A DNA stretch of 64,000 nt from IMG/VR virus record IMGVR_UViG_3300045988_176633; one strand, 5' to 3'. Source of the stretch: a virus. How positions within the stretch are numbered: the first letter of the stretch is position 1; each line of letters opens with the position of its first letter. The position numbers and the translations under genes are program-made. Under the pieces are notes generated by a model. That model searched no databases. It was not told the origin of the DNA and saw only the letters and a list, made by a program, of their open reading frames with translations. This document shows positions 45,927-55,009 of this stretch, in pieces.

Positions 45927-46775
45927 TTAACTTAAAATATTGTCCTTTTGTTGAGAAAAAGTTTTCATCAAATGTTGCTCTAATGACTTTTTCAACGTAT
46001 TTTTACGCTCAGAAAAAGCGATGGAGCTTATAAAGGGATTGTGCCTTGCTGAGTCCATATCATTAGAATCGTCAGGTCCATTAAGTACGATCGAGCTTTT
46101 TCTTATTTTATCTTCCTTAGGCCTGCTATAGTCGAAAGAAGTTAATACCCAGATCTTGTCCCTAAAGTTGTCTTTTTCGTCATAGACCACAGTTCTCATT
46201 AATACAACTCTATATTTATCTTTGTGAATGTTAACTTTAGAGTTGTTTTCGTAAAAATTTCCAATACGACCATGTTTCAAAACATCAGAAATAATATCTG
46301 ATATTTCCTCAAGAGATTCAAAATCATCTTGTTCGATAAAATGTCTCTTCCTAATATGACGAATCCCTTTGATATCATCTCCCCAAACAATATCAATCTT
46401 ACCTAAACCTCTTCTCTCCCAAGCGCCAATAACTTGACCCTTCTTTTCCTTTAAAAGAAAATCAATGGCTTGTTTTGGTTTACCTTCGAAAGAAGAATAA
46501 TTAGTACCAAATTCTTTTAATTCCTTATAAGCATAAACCTTAGTTCTTTTTTGACCTTTAGCTAGTTTCCAACTTCCGTCAGCTTGTTTTTGATATTTAA
46601 TCCCTTTCCACTCTCGAATCTCACCAACCGCAGCTTTAGCTTTAAAGAAATCTTCTTCTAAAGATTTCTTATAAAACTCACTCAAAGATTTATTTATGTC
46701 GTCTGAATAAATAATCGCTTCAATTTCTAAAGAAGAAGCTCCTAACTTTTTCAATTTATCAATCAATCGACTCAT
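45927..46775 (-). CDS. hypothetical protein; possible barnase/EndoU/RelE-fold (PBECR-type) nuclease domain
   Basis: 282 aa. WERRGLGKIDIVWGDDIKGIRHIRKRHFIEQDDF recalls the H..(K/R)H cores seen in phage polyvalent-protein nuclease modules. This is recall only and has not been verified. Confidence 0.3.
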   Translation of the reverse strand: MSRLIDKLKKLGASSLEIEAIIYSDDINKSLSEFYKKSLEEDFFKAKAAVGEIREWKGIKYQKQADGSWKLAKGQKRTKVYAYKELKEFGTNYSSFEGKPKQAIDFLLKEKKGQVIGAWERRGLGKIDIVWGDDIKGIRHIRKRHFIEQDDFESLEEISDIISDVLKHGRIGNFYENNSKVNIHKDKYRVVLMRTVVYDEKDNFRDKIWVLTSFDYSRPKEDKIRKSSIVLNGPDDSNDMDSARHNPFISSIAFSERKNTLKKSLEQHLMKTFSQQKDNILS

Positions 46776-46789
46776 ACTCTTTTCAATAA

Positions 46790-46815
46790 AAAGAGGGAGT
46801 TGATTCTCCCTCTTT
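46790..46815 (-). terminator. rho-independent terminator
   Basis: AAAGAGGGAG / CTCCCTCTTT form a perfect 10-bp stem with a 6-nt loop, followed by TTTATTG on the minus strand. Lies 15 nt after the stop at 46830. Confidence 0.75.
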
Positions 46816-46829
46816 AGAAACTAACAAAA

Positions 46830-48971
46830 TCAGTGCATTTGTAGACGGTATTTACTCTGTTTTAGAGAGGCGAGAAAATCATCTATCCAAGATATTTCAC
46901 CATTATACTCATCTTTACCCTCAAGTTCTTTCCTGAATTCAATAGTACGATCAAATATCATTTGACAAATCTTCACCGGATCATCTTCTTCGACTTTATC
47001 TCCTTGGATCTCTCCATCTTTAAACCTACCAAACCCAGCTTGTCCAGCTTCAGCGATCTTATCTTCAAATTCTCCGACTTCTTCTGAGAGATCATCAAGA
47101 TAGACGTGTTTAGAATTATCTTCTTCTCCCCAATGAATATTTTTCAATCGAGTTTTTGCTCCTTCAATGAAATTCAAGTATTCGTTGAATACTTTCTTTT
47201 CTTGTTTTTCAGCCTTTTCTAATTCATTCTTATCACCTCCACTTATACTTTGGATGTTTATCTTACCTTCATTATTCCAATCTTGTACAACAGATTTAAA
47301 CATTTGAAGATCATCTTGATCATTAAAACGAATGATAAGATCATTTTCCTGAAATTTTGAAAGATTATCAATTTGAGATTTTCTCACATCTTCTACTTTT
47401 GAAATTGCATCCAATCTAAAAACACCTTTCTTATCATTAAACATCCAATTTTGCTCACCAAAATCCTTGGTCTTTAAAACCAATTCAACTTCCCCACCTA
47501 TTTCAAAAATCGTTTTTCGAAATGTAGCTAAAAAATCTGCAAAACGATCAATACCTATTTTTGTCCCAGAAAAATTTGTATTAAAACTTCCCCAAATAGT
47601 CATAAGTTCTGGATCTGGATCTTCTTCTACAACTACCTTAGAAGATTCTGCATTCCATTTTTCTTCTTTCTTTTTTCTTGCACCTTTGAAATCTATTGAT
47701 TTTTCGATCTCACCAACACCACTACCTTGAGGTCCTTTTGTTTTAGGATCGAGACTTTCTTTTGAAAGAACTTGTGAGTCTTCCGTATTCATTGTTTTTT
47801 CCACCTCATCCCAACTTTCAGGTAATTCTTTCTCAAGACCTAATTCCTTTGCTCTCTTACGAATCCATGCTTTAACCTCACTCTCTGGCATATCAGAAGC
47901 ACCTACAAGCCTAATCGCATCTTTTAAATCTTGACTATTACGAATAGGATATTTACCGTTTGGCATTGCTTCTCCTTTCTTAGCAAGATCTTTTCTTTCT
48001 TTATGAGAGAAATAATTCTTGTTACCTGCTTTAGAAATTTCTTCTTTATGCTTCTCACAAAAAGCCTTGAAAATCTTTTCAGAAATCTTACCTTCGACCA
48101 TGCTTTTCGCCAAATCCACGACTTCGGTAAATATAGGAGTTTTGGCTTTAACCTCTACATCTTCTACTGGTAAACCTAGGATCTTTTTAATATTATCTTT
48201 CATATCAAAGATAAACTTATAATCATCGATTTCAGTTGCAGGATCTATCCAAGCACTTCCAATTTCTTCAAATCCATCGACAACAATTAACGAAGGTGAG
48301 AACTCATCTAAATAAGTCATAAAGTAATGGATTTCAACATCACCATTATCATAAACACCTACTTCAGTTAACAAATTATCGTCTGTATCAATACCTGTTT
48401 CTTCAAACAACTCACGTCTTGCTGCAGTGCGAAAATCCTCTCCTGCATCGACATGACCACCAGGAATACACCAATCTTCTGAATAACTTCCACTTTCACC
48501 AGCTCTTTGTAAGATTAACAACTTAGAACCTCTCCAAACAAGTATATCCGCATATCTCACTTTACCACCTTGTTTGGCTTTTAAAAGGTCTATATATATA
48601 GATTTTTTAATCAGACCTTTCATCCAACTTTGTCTCATTGAATCTAAGGTCTTAATATCTTTCAAAACATCAGCGATTTCAAGGTCTTCTTCAAGAGAAG
48701 CTAAAGATTTTTCAATTTTCGTTTTTCTCTTATAAACATTTTGAAGATCTTGAGATTGTTGTTTTAAGAATGCATTAAAACAATTTTGAGCCTTTTCAAA
48801 CAACTCAACATCACCATTAGAAAGATCATTTAACTGAGCTTTTTGAAGTGAAAAGTTCTCTCCTAATTGATCAATCTCTTTATCTAGAAGGTGAAGTTGT
48901 CTTAAATTATCTCTATACTTTTGGATCTTTTCAGCCTTAGACTGAAGTCCGAATAAACTTTTGATATCCAT
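46830..48971 (-). CDS. multidomain protein: coiled coil, NUDIX hydrolase domain, C-terminal Dps/ferritin-like helical region
   Basis: Exact Nudix box GHVDAGEDFRTAARRELFEETGI (Gx5Ex7REUxEExGU). C-terminal IHWGEEDNSKHVYLDDLSEEVGEFEDKIAE resembles the Dps di-iron site pattern HW...H...D...(D/E)..AE. Confidence 0.65.
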   Translation of the reverse strand: MDIKSLFGLQSKAEKIQKYRDNLRQLHLLDKEIDQLGENFSLQKAQLNDLSNGDVELFEKAQNCFNAFLKQQSQDLQNVYKRKTKIEKSLASLEEDLEIADVLKDIKTLDSMRQSWMKGLIKKSIYIDLLKAKQGGKVRYADILVWRGSKLLILQRAGESGSYSEDWCIPGGHVDAGEDFRTAARRELFEETGIDTDDNLLTEVGVYDNGDVEIHYFMTYLDEFSPSLIVVDGFEEIGSAWIDPATEIDDYKFIFDMKDNIKKILGLPVEDVEVKAKTPIFTEVVDLAKSMVEGKISEKIFKAFCEKHKEEISKAGNKNYFSHKERKDLAKKGEAMPNGKYPIRNSQDLKDAIRLVGASDMPESEVKAWIRKRAKELGLEKELPESWDEVEKTMNTEDSQVLSKESLDPKTKGPQGSGVGEIEKSIDFKGARKKKEEKWNAESSKVVVEEDPDPELMTIWGSFNTNFSGTKIGIDRFADFLATFRKTIFEIGGEVELVLKTKDFGEQNWMFNDKKGVFRLDAISKVEDVRKSQIDNLSKFQENDLIIRFNDQDDLQMFKSVVQDWNNEGKINIQSISGGDKNELEKAEKQEKKVFNEYLNFIEGAKTRLKNIHWGEEDNSKHVYLDDLSEEVGEFEDKIAEAGQAGFGRFKDGEIQGDKVEEDDPVKICQMIFDRTIEFRKELEGKDEYNGEISWIDDFLASLKQSKYRLQMH

Positions 48972-49013
48972 GACTAACTTTGTTATAATTTTTGCACTAA
49001 ATATACGAACTTT

Positions 49014-49451
49014 TCAATCGTTTACACAAACATTATCCGCGTAATAACTATGATCACTTTCTATTTCAATAGAATAAGAAAAATCCGGAAAATTTTCCTT
49101 TGGTATTTTTAAAATAGAAGAGACTTTACCTCGTTGATTTTTTCTTAATTGTAGGAGCATATTAGGTTTAATTTTACTTACTTCTAAAGACCTACCATTA
49201 GCTAAAATAATTTTACTACTTTCGTGAATCCTATGAATCCCTTCTTCTTTGATCTTTACATCGTCTTCAAAAACAAAATAAAGATCAAAGATTTCTTGAT
49301 TGAAATCTAAGATCAAAGATTTGTTGATTGATTTTACTTTTTTGTATCTATTTTTATGAGTTAAAACCAAGTCACCAACTTTTATATCTTTTATCCATTT
49401 AGGACCATCAAAGGTCTGTATTTCTGTATAACCACTGTAAAATTGACTCAT
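49014..49451 (-). CDS. free-standing degenerate Hint (intein-like) domain protein
   Basis: YTEIQTFDGPKWIKDIKVGDLVLT aligns with Hint block A, but Phe occupies the nucleophile position. The C-terminus SHSYYADNVCVND resembles blocks F/G with HN replaced by ND. No exteins are present. Confidence 0.55.
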   Translation of the reverse strand: MSQFYSGYTEIQTFDGPKWIKDIKVGDLVLTHKNRYKKVKSINKSLILDFNQEIFDLYFVFEDDVKIKEEGIHRIHESSKIILANGRSLEVSKIKPNMLLQLRKNQRGKVSSILKIPKENFPDFSYSIEIESDHSYYADNVCVND

Positions 49452-50395
49452 ACTAAAAATTTTTTATCCCCAACTATTATTGTTACCTTTGATTTTCTCT
49501 CGACCTTAGATTTATAATCTTTAGGTGGAACGAATGTTTGCAATTTATCATCCCAAACATAATTATCTGGAATATAACGAGTTGAACAACGACAAAACGG
49601 GTGAACTGGTCCGACAACTGGTTTCCAATCCTTGCTCTTTCTACCAATATTATCACCGTTTTGAATAAGTTCTGATAATTTGAAGATTCTAGGTTTTGAA
49701 CCTGCACCTGCTGTAGTATAGAGGTTTAGGCAAAACCGACACGCTCCTGGATAAACTTCTTTGTATACTCTTGTATCTAATCCATGTTGATTGATTATCA
49801 TTTGAGCATTCCCCAATTCATAAATGTTTTGGAACTCAGTTTCGACTATCCGTCCCCAATCTCGATTCCAATCTTTCAACTGATTACCGATATTACTTAC
49901 GATACCTTGGACTGATCTTTTTTCTAAAACACCTAATTCGTGTTCTCTTTTGATTGTTGAAAGCTCTTCTATCCGACGATTTTCGACAAGATTTTTTATC
50001 TCTTGCTCTGAAACAGAATTCGAAAGGGTTTTCTTTACCCTTTCTCCCATTCCTTTGATATAAGAATAACTTCTTGTAGCTGCAGCTTGATATTCGTACA
50101 ATTCTCTTTTAGAAGGTTGTTTGTATTGTTTTCTAGCTGTGTATTGTTTTATATCTGTATAGTTTAAGGTTTGTAATTGTTTTGGCGTTAAAACAGCAGA
50201 TAACCTACCAAATAAATATGCTTGCCAATAAGGAGGGATCAATTTTAGATCTTTCCAATCAAAATGAAATTCATCGAGTACTTTCTTATCATTATCAGTT
50301 AGGAATTCTTTCCCTAAGATATCAGCGATAGTCCTAGCTAGACGATAATCTACAATCGTAAACAATCTCTGTATGTCATCTGGTGTAAAAATCAT
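49448..50395 (-). CDS. head morphogenesis protein, Mu F / SPP1 gp7 family
   Basis: ACRFCLNLY...GPVHPFCRCSTRYIP matches the conserved H-P-x-C-R-C end of the MuF domain. Lies after the portal gene, separated from it by one small ORF (50392..50595). Confidence 0.75.
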   Translation of the reverse strand: MIFTPDDIQRLFTIVDYRLARTIADILGKEFLTDNDKKVLDEFHFDWKDLKLIPPYWQAYLFGRLSAVLTPKQLQTLNYTDIKQYTARKQYKQPSKRELYEYQAAATRSYSYIKGMGERVKKTLSNSVSEQEIKNLVENRRIEELSTIKREHELGVLEKRSVQGIVSNIGNQLKDWNRDWGRIVETEFQNIYELGNAQMIINQHGLDTRVYKEVYPGACRFCLNLYTTAGAGSKPRIFKLSELIQNGDNIGRKSKDWKPVVGPVHPFCRCSTRYIPDNYVWDDKLQTFVPPKDYKSKVERKSKVTIIVGDKKFLV

Positions 50396-50595
50396 AACTT
50401 TGATTTGAGTTTAACCATTTCTTTAGTTAAATCTATTAATAAATTATCCATTTGAGTAGAGAAAATGACTTGTGCCAATCCTTCGTAACCACCTTGAACC
50501 TTAGGATAATCCATAGGATCTTTAACATGATGTTGGATATTACTGACTCCAGACATCTTCTCTACTTTCAAACCTTTTACATATTTGAGATTCAT
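50392..50595 (-). CDS. hypothetical small protein
   Basis: The track ORF starts at 50610. The ATG at 50595 makes an ATGA overlap with the portal stop and is preferred. Confidence 0.45.
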   Translation of the reverse strand: MNLKYVKGLKVEKMSGVSNIQHHVKDPMDYPKVQGGYEGLAQVIFSTQMDNLLIDLTKEMVKLKSKL

Positions 50596-52322
50596 TTTCC
50601 AGCTCCCCAATTTTCTTTGATATACTTCATAGCACTACCAAGGATTGGATTTGAAACCATTGCCTTCTCATAATTTTCATCTTCGAAATCCAAAGGATTT
50701 TCTTCTTCTCCTTCTTCATCTACTGTTTGATTGTCGACCTCTTCATTCATACCTTCACCACCGTACATTGCTTGTTGCTGCTTTGTTTGAGCTGCAGTTT
50801 GATATACTTGATTTAGAATCGTATCGGTTTCAGGATCAAAATCACGACCAGAATATTTTTTAAAAATATCTTCCATTGATACCATACCACCTTCAAGTTT
50901 TTTCTTATCAAGTTCAACTTGCTTTTCTTCATCTTCTATTTCAATACCAGTGAAAGCAAATTCAAAATCAGAATCAATCTCATCAATAAGATAATGGTTG
51001 ATAATATTCTGTAAGAAAATTAACAATGGTTTTAACCCTTTATCTCGACTATGGTTCAATCTTTCCCTTTGACCATCTTGTCCAAAGATTTGAGCTTGGT
51101 CTTTGAATTGAAAACCTAACTCAGTTGGATCAATACGATAAACCGAACATGTAATGATAAGTAGGAATTTCAACCAATCATTGAACTCCATATCCCGGTT
51201 ATTCTTTTGTAGATCAATCCATTCCAGATCAATGCCATTGATAATTGGAACTCTGTGAGAATTTGAAACACCACGCATCGTTTGTGTCCAAGCCTGTCGA
51301 AACTCATTTAAAGTCGTATTATCAATATTATTGTTTTTCACATTGATAAAACCCTTTGGTTGAGATCCTTTTGAAAAGAAATTACCATTATACTGCATAC
51401 CCCATAATATCCAGGTAATAATCTCTACAAGGGTTTCTAATTCAGAGGTACCGTAACCATTCTTATAAATGTTGGTACTCTTATTTCGAATACCATAACC
51501 CAACTCCCAAGGATAAAAAATCACATGTTCTTTAGTTGTTGGATTCTGTAGGATCATATCGTTGAATACCATACAATACCTAGGTAGATAACCTTTAAAA
51601 CGATATTTCTCCCACTCTTCTCTCATTTTAGGATCAGCACTGTCTAATAGTCGTATTAAAGATGCGTCTACAGCTCGAAACTTATTTAAATTCCAGCTTC
51701 TATCTCTAACAATTTCAAAGGCTAATTGATCCAATGTAAGAGTGTCGAAAACAATCTTTCTCCCAAAATCTTGAAATGTGTCAAATTTGTCCCATTTTTC
51801 ATTGATACCACCTTTTTCTAAGAAATCAATGATATACTCGATTTTCCTCTGTTCTTCTTTTGTAGGTTCAGTTGTTTTATCTTCAAAACGACTTTTCTTC
51901 TTTCGTATCGTAAACCCCTCTTTTTGTTCATCAAGACTAAAATGTAGAAAATTTTGGACTTGTTCAACGCGAGTATTAACAACACTTCGAATAATGAAGA
52001 TATCTCCCATCCTTCGAAGTGTTTCAAAGGATAAAGAACCGTAATATCTAGGATCTTTGAAACCTTGGCCAGTTTGATTAGCCTCATTTGGGTCGAAAAA
52101 GACAGCCTTCATCTCACTGTTTTGTCTTGAGTTTGCATCAAGATAAAGGTTTGCTTTCATGATCGCTTCAACATCATTTGAAGATACCATTTGTTGAAGT
52201 TTAGATTGTAACAATGTTGGTACAGTCTTATTCAACGCTTCGATCTCTTCAAATGAGAGAGAGGCCAGACTCTTTATTAAGTCTGGCCTTTGTGATTTGT
52301 TATTGCTTCTTTTTCTACTCAT
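50592..52322 (-). CDS. portal protein
   Basis: 576 aa with an acidic C-terminal tail. Lies upstream of the MuF-family gene and of the protease-scaffold-capsid block. Confidence 0.7.
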   Translation of the reverse strand: MSRKRSNNKSQRPDLIKSLASLSFEEIEALNKTVPTLLQSKLQQMVSSNDVEAIMKANLYLDANSRQNSEMKAVFFDPNEANQTGQGFKDPRYYGSLSFETLRRMGDIFIIRSVVNTRVEQVQNFLHFSLDEQKEGFTIRKKKSRFEDKTTEPTKEEQRKIEYIIDFLEKGGINEKWDKFDTFQDFGRKIVFDTLTLDQLAFEIVRDRSWNLNKFRAVDASLIRLLDSADPKMREEWEKYRFKGYLPRYCMVFNDMILQNPTTKEHVIFYPWELGYGIRNKSTNIYKNGYGTSELETLVEIITWILWGMQYNGNFFSKGSQPKGFINVKNNNIDNTTLNEFRQAWTQTMRGVSNSHRVPIINGIDLEWIDLQKNNRDMEFNDWLKFLLIITCSVYRIDPTELGFQFKDQAQIFGQDGQRERLNHSRDKGLKPLLIFLQNIINHYLIDEIDSDFEFAFTGIEIEDEEKQVELDKKKLEGGMVSMEDIFKKYSGRDFDPETDTILNQVYQTAAQTKQQQAMYGGEGMNEEVDNQTVDEEGEEENPLDFEDENYEKAMVSNPILGSAMKYIKENWGAGK

Positions 52323-52333
52323 AGATAAAATTA

Positions 52334-53821
52334 TTATACCCCTAATTGAGTTAAAGTGACAGTAGCTGTCTTTCCACCTTCATTTGCCGTAACAACAGCT
52401 TGACCTGTTCTTTTAGCACCTGTATTAGCCGCTGCTATTACTGAATATTCAGAAGAACCTTTTGTAAAACCTTCACCACTAACAACAGTTGTATAATCTA
52501 CTGCTATCGGTGATCCAGAATTTTTACCATTTACTTTCTTCTGTTTGTTAGAAGTGACACCAAAAACTTTTGTCTCTCCTGCTGCTATAAAACTTAAAGA
52601 CGTAAGATCTGTTGTTAAAGTGTAATCATAAGTTACTGTTGCTGCAGCTTGTGACAAATTAATCGTATCAACTTCATCACTTTCAGATTGAGTAATCGTA
52701 ACTACACCTGTTCTCTCAGATTCAGTCGTATTTTCTGTTGCTACAACATTATTACCTGTACTCTTTGAAAAACCAGAACCAGCTACTTCAAAAGAAAACG
52801 CTACATCAACTGTAGAACCGCTAACATTACCATTTAGTTTCTTTTGTTTTGTTGAAACCACTGAAAAAGATTTAGTCTCACCAGTGTTAGCAAAAGAAAG
52901 TGATGTAGGAGTGGCTGTCAATGTATAATCATAAGTGATGACAGATGCAGCTTGAGTTAAATTTACACTAACACTTTTACCACCTTCATCAGTTTGATTG
53001 ATCGTCAAAGTACCTGTTCTTTGTGTTTCACCAGGATTTTCTGTAACAGTAATATCATAACCATTATCAGTCTCTTCGTAACTAAAACCAACACCTGCTA
53101 ATTCTACCGTCACAAGGGCTTTAATAGTTTCTCCTGATGGAGTACCATTGATAACCTTCTGTTTAGTTGACGTTACATTTATCGATTTTGTTTCACCAGT
53201 ATTGATAAATGACAAACTAGAAGGATTAGTTGTAAGTATATAGTTATATGTAATGATAGAAGCCTCTTGAGAAAGAACAATATTTGAAGTTTTACCACTT
53301 TCATCTTGAGTAATTGTTAAATTACCGTTTCTAACGGTATCAGAAGGATTTTCGTTTATAGTAACTGTTCCACCTTCACTAACTGTAAAAGGTGCTTCTG
53401 TTTGAAATTTAACACTTAATGCAGTTTGATTCCCTTGTGGCTTACCATTTACATAAAGTTGTTTATAAGAAGTAACAACTGCTTCTATACTATCACCTTC
53501 CTTTGAAAATTCCAATGTTTCTTCTTGTGGAATAAGGAAGTATTTCCATTCTTCTACTACATCTACCAATACTTGAGCTTCGTCGTTTAACCCTTCTGGA
53601 TAAGAAATAAGCTGAAGAGCATTGTTCATAGCCCATTCTTTGAACGATCCAATATTGTAGATTCTACCAGGTTCAATCACTATTCCTAGTGATTCAAAAT
53701 AATCGATATCACCTACAGTATTTTCTGTCACAAAGACATTCAGTTGACTGTCAATACCATCTGTAATAACAGTCAACTGTTTTGGCTCTTCTTCATTTGT
53801 CTTGAATAAAAGTCTTAACAT
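52334..53821 (-). CDS. BACON-like / Ig-like repeat protein (possible capsid decoration or glycan-binding)
   Basis: Four ~100-aa repeats, each ending N(P/T)..(T/S).R(T/N)G.(L/V).(I/V)(T/N)Q...G(K)....(V/I).L(T/S)Q. Confidence 0.6.
   Translation of the reverse strand: MLRLLFKTNEEEPKQLTVITDGIDSQLNVFVTENTVGDIDYFESLGIVIEPGRIYNIGSFKEWAMNNALQLISYPEGLNDEAQVLVDVVEEWKYFLIPQEETLEFSKEGDSIEAVVTSYKQLYVNGKPQGNQTALSVKFQTEAPFTVSEGGTVTINENPSDTVRNGNLTITQDESGKTSNIVLSQEASIITYNYILTTNPSSLSFINTGETKSINVTSTKQKVINGTPSGETIKALVTVELAGVGFSYEETDNGYDITVTENPGETQRTGTLTINQTDEGGKSVSVNLTQAASVITYDYTLTATPTSLSFANTGETKSFSVVSTKQKKLNGNVSGSTVDVAFSFEVAGSGFSKSTGNNVVATENTTESERTGVVTITQSESDEVDTINLSQAAATVTYDYTLTTDLTSLSFIAAGETKVFGVTSNKQKKVNGKNSGSPIAVDYTTVVSGEGFTKGSSEYSVIAAANTGAKRTGQAVVTANEGGKTATVTLTQLGV
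52337..53521 (-). repeat. four tandem ~100-aa domain repeats (protein level)
   Basis: Repeats span aa 101-188, 189-292, 293-393 and 394-495. An example unit is LSF.NTGETKS..V.STKQK..NG..SG. Confidence 0.7.
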
Positions 53822-53823
53822 AA

Positions 53824-54408
53824 TTAAGCCATTTCTGCTGTAACCTCAAATTTCTGAATACCACTTTCAGCAGTAACTACAATATTAAGATCTTCTTTTG
53901 CATCTAAACCAAGATCTTCCAATGAGAATGTTAAAATAGATTCCTTTTTATTTAATGAAGCAGCTAAATCTTTACGATCACCACGAATCACTCCATAACG
54001 ACCAACTGATTCATTCAAATTAACTGAATTAGGGAAGTGAATGTTTACATCCTTAACAGTAGGAAGTGTTGTCGTGATTTTCAAAACACATTCGTCATCA
54101 CCATTCCACTCAGCATTCACTGCAACTAGTTCATTTAAACCTTGAGGATTGATCTCCAAAGTCAAACCATTATTTTCTGCAAAAGCTACCAACTCTTCGT
54201 GCATAACAGCGTGACCTACATGCCAATTAAAACCAAGTGCAAGAAGTGCATCACTACCAGCTTGTTCATCTTCATTAACAGCCAAACCACCTGCAGGTAC
54301 GATACCACGCATTTCTGTGATAAACACTCGTTTTTGATCACAACTACCGTCTGTAACGACAGTTGCATCAATTTTCTTATCTGTATCTATAAATCTATAA
54401 AGTCTCAT
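53824..54408 (-). CDS. hypothetical protein
   Basis: 194-aa ORF, 2 nt downstream of the repeat-protein start. Confidence 0.55.
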   Translation of the reverse strand: MRLYRFIDTDKKIDATVVTDGSCDQKRVFITEMRGIVPAGGLAVNEDEQAGSDALLALGFNWHVGHAVMHEELVAFAENNGLTLEINPQGLNELVAVNAEWNGDDECVLKITTTLPTVKDVNIHFPNSVNLNESVGRYGVIRGDRKDLAASLNKKESILTFSLEDLGLDAKEDLNIVVTAESGIQKFEVTAEMA

Positions 54409-54422
54409 TTTTCAATTATGTT

Positions 54423-54986
54423 TTAATTATTTTCTTTTTGTCGATTTCTCTTGTTATCTCTTCTTGCTATACGATCGCGATATTCACGCAAAAGACTCCA
54501 ATCTTCATCTGTCTTAGGACCTCTTACACGGATCTCAGATACCTTCATTGACAACTCTTCATCAGAAAGTTTTGAATCTTTTTTAGCACGATCTATAGCT
54601 TCTTTAGTTGATTTAGATCCATATTTTTTCTCTTTCTCTTCTAGCGTCTCTTCTTTCTTACCACCATAACGTTGTCCAACGATACCTTTCTTTCGATTAG
54701 CTAGAGTGTCCTTGTAAACACCTGAACGTGCTTTCATTAGGGTGCCATCTTCAGCTTTATCCCATTCAACTTGTTGTTCACGCCAATATACTACTGACTT
54801 CGTCAAGTCATCATTTACTACTGTAACGCGATTCAATGAAATATAATCAATCGCACCATGTTCACGTTCAATAGGATCGACGCTCTTCAATATATCTTGA
54901 GAAAATTGATATACTTGTCTTTGAGTATAGACTTCCCAATTATTTTGTTTTGCGAGTTTATCAAACTCTTGCCTTGTCATTTCCAT
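54423..54986 (-). CDS. hypothetical protein, paralogue (N-terminal ~110 aa) of 55819..56550
   Basis: Shared blocks: F(D)K..(A)K(Q)N(N/G)(W/Y)E, (D)(Y/F)(I/V)SLNR..VV(N/D)(D/N)DL.KSVVY(W/Y)RE.Q(V/I)E, and NR.KGIVG. Confidence 0.55.
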   Translation of the reverse strand: MEMTRQEFDKLAKQNNWEVYTQRQVYQFSQDILKSVDPIEREHGAIDYISLNRVTVVNDDLTKSVVYWREQQVEWDKAEDGTLMKARSGVYKDTLANRKKGIVGQRYGGKKEETLEEKEKKYGSKSTKEAIDRAKKDSKLSDEELSMKVSEIRVRGPKTDEDWSLLREYRDRIARRDNKRNRQKENN

Positions 54987-55009
54987 AGACTTCCCAATTA
55001 TTTTGTTTT
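54927..55009 (-). repeat. 25-nt perfect direct repeat pair flanking the start of 54423..54986
   Basis: ATAGACTTCCCAATTATTTTGTTTT occurs at 54927..54951 and 54985..55009. The second copy spans the ATG of 54423..54986 and two bases (55008..55009) of the holin stop codon. Confidence 0.9.
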
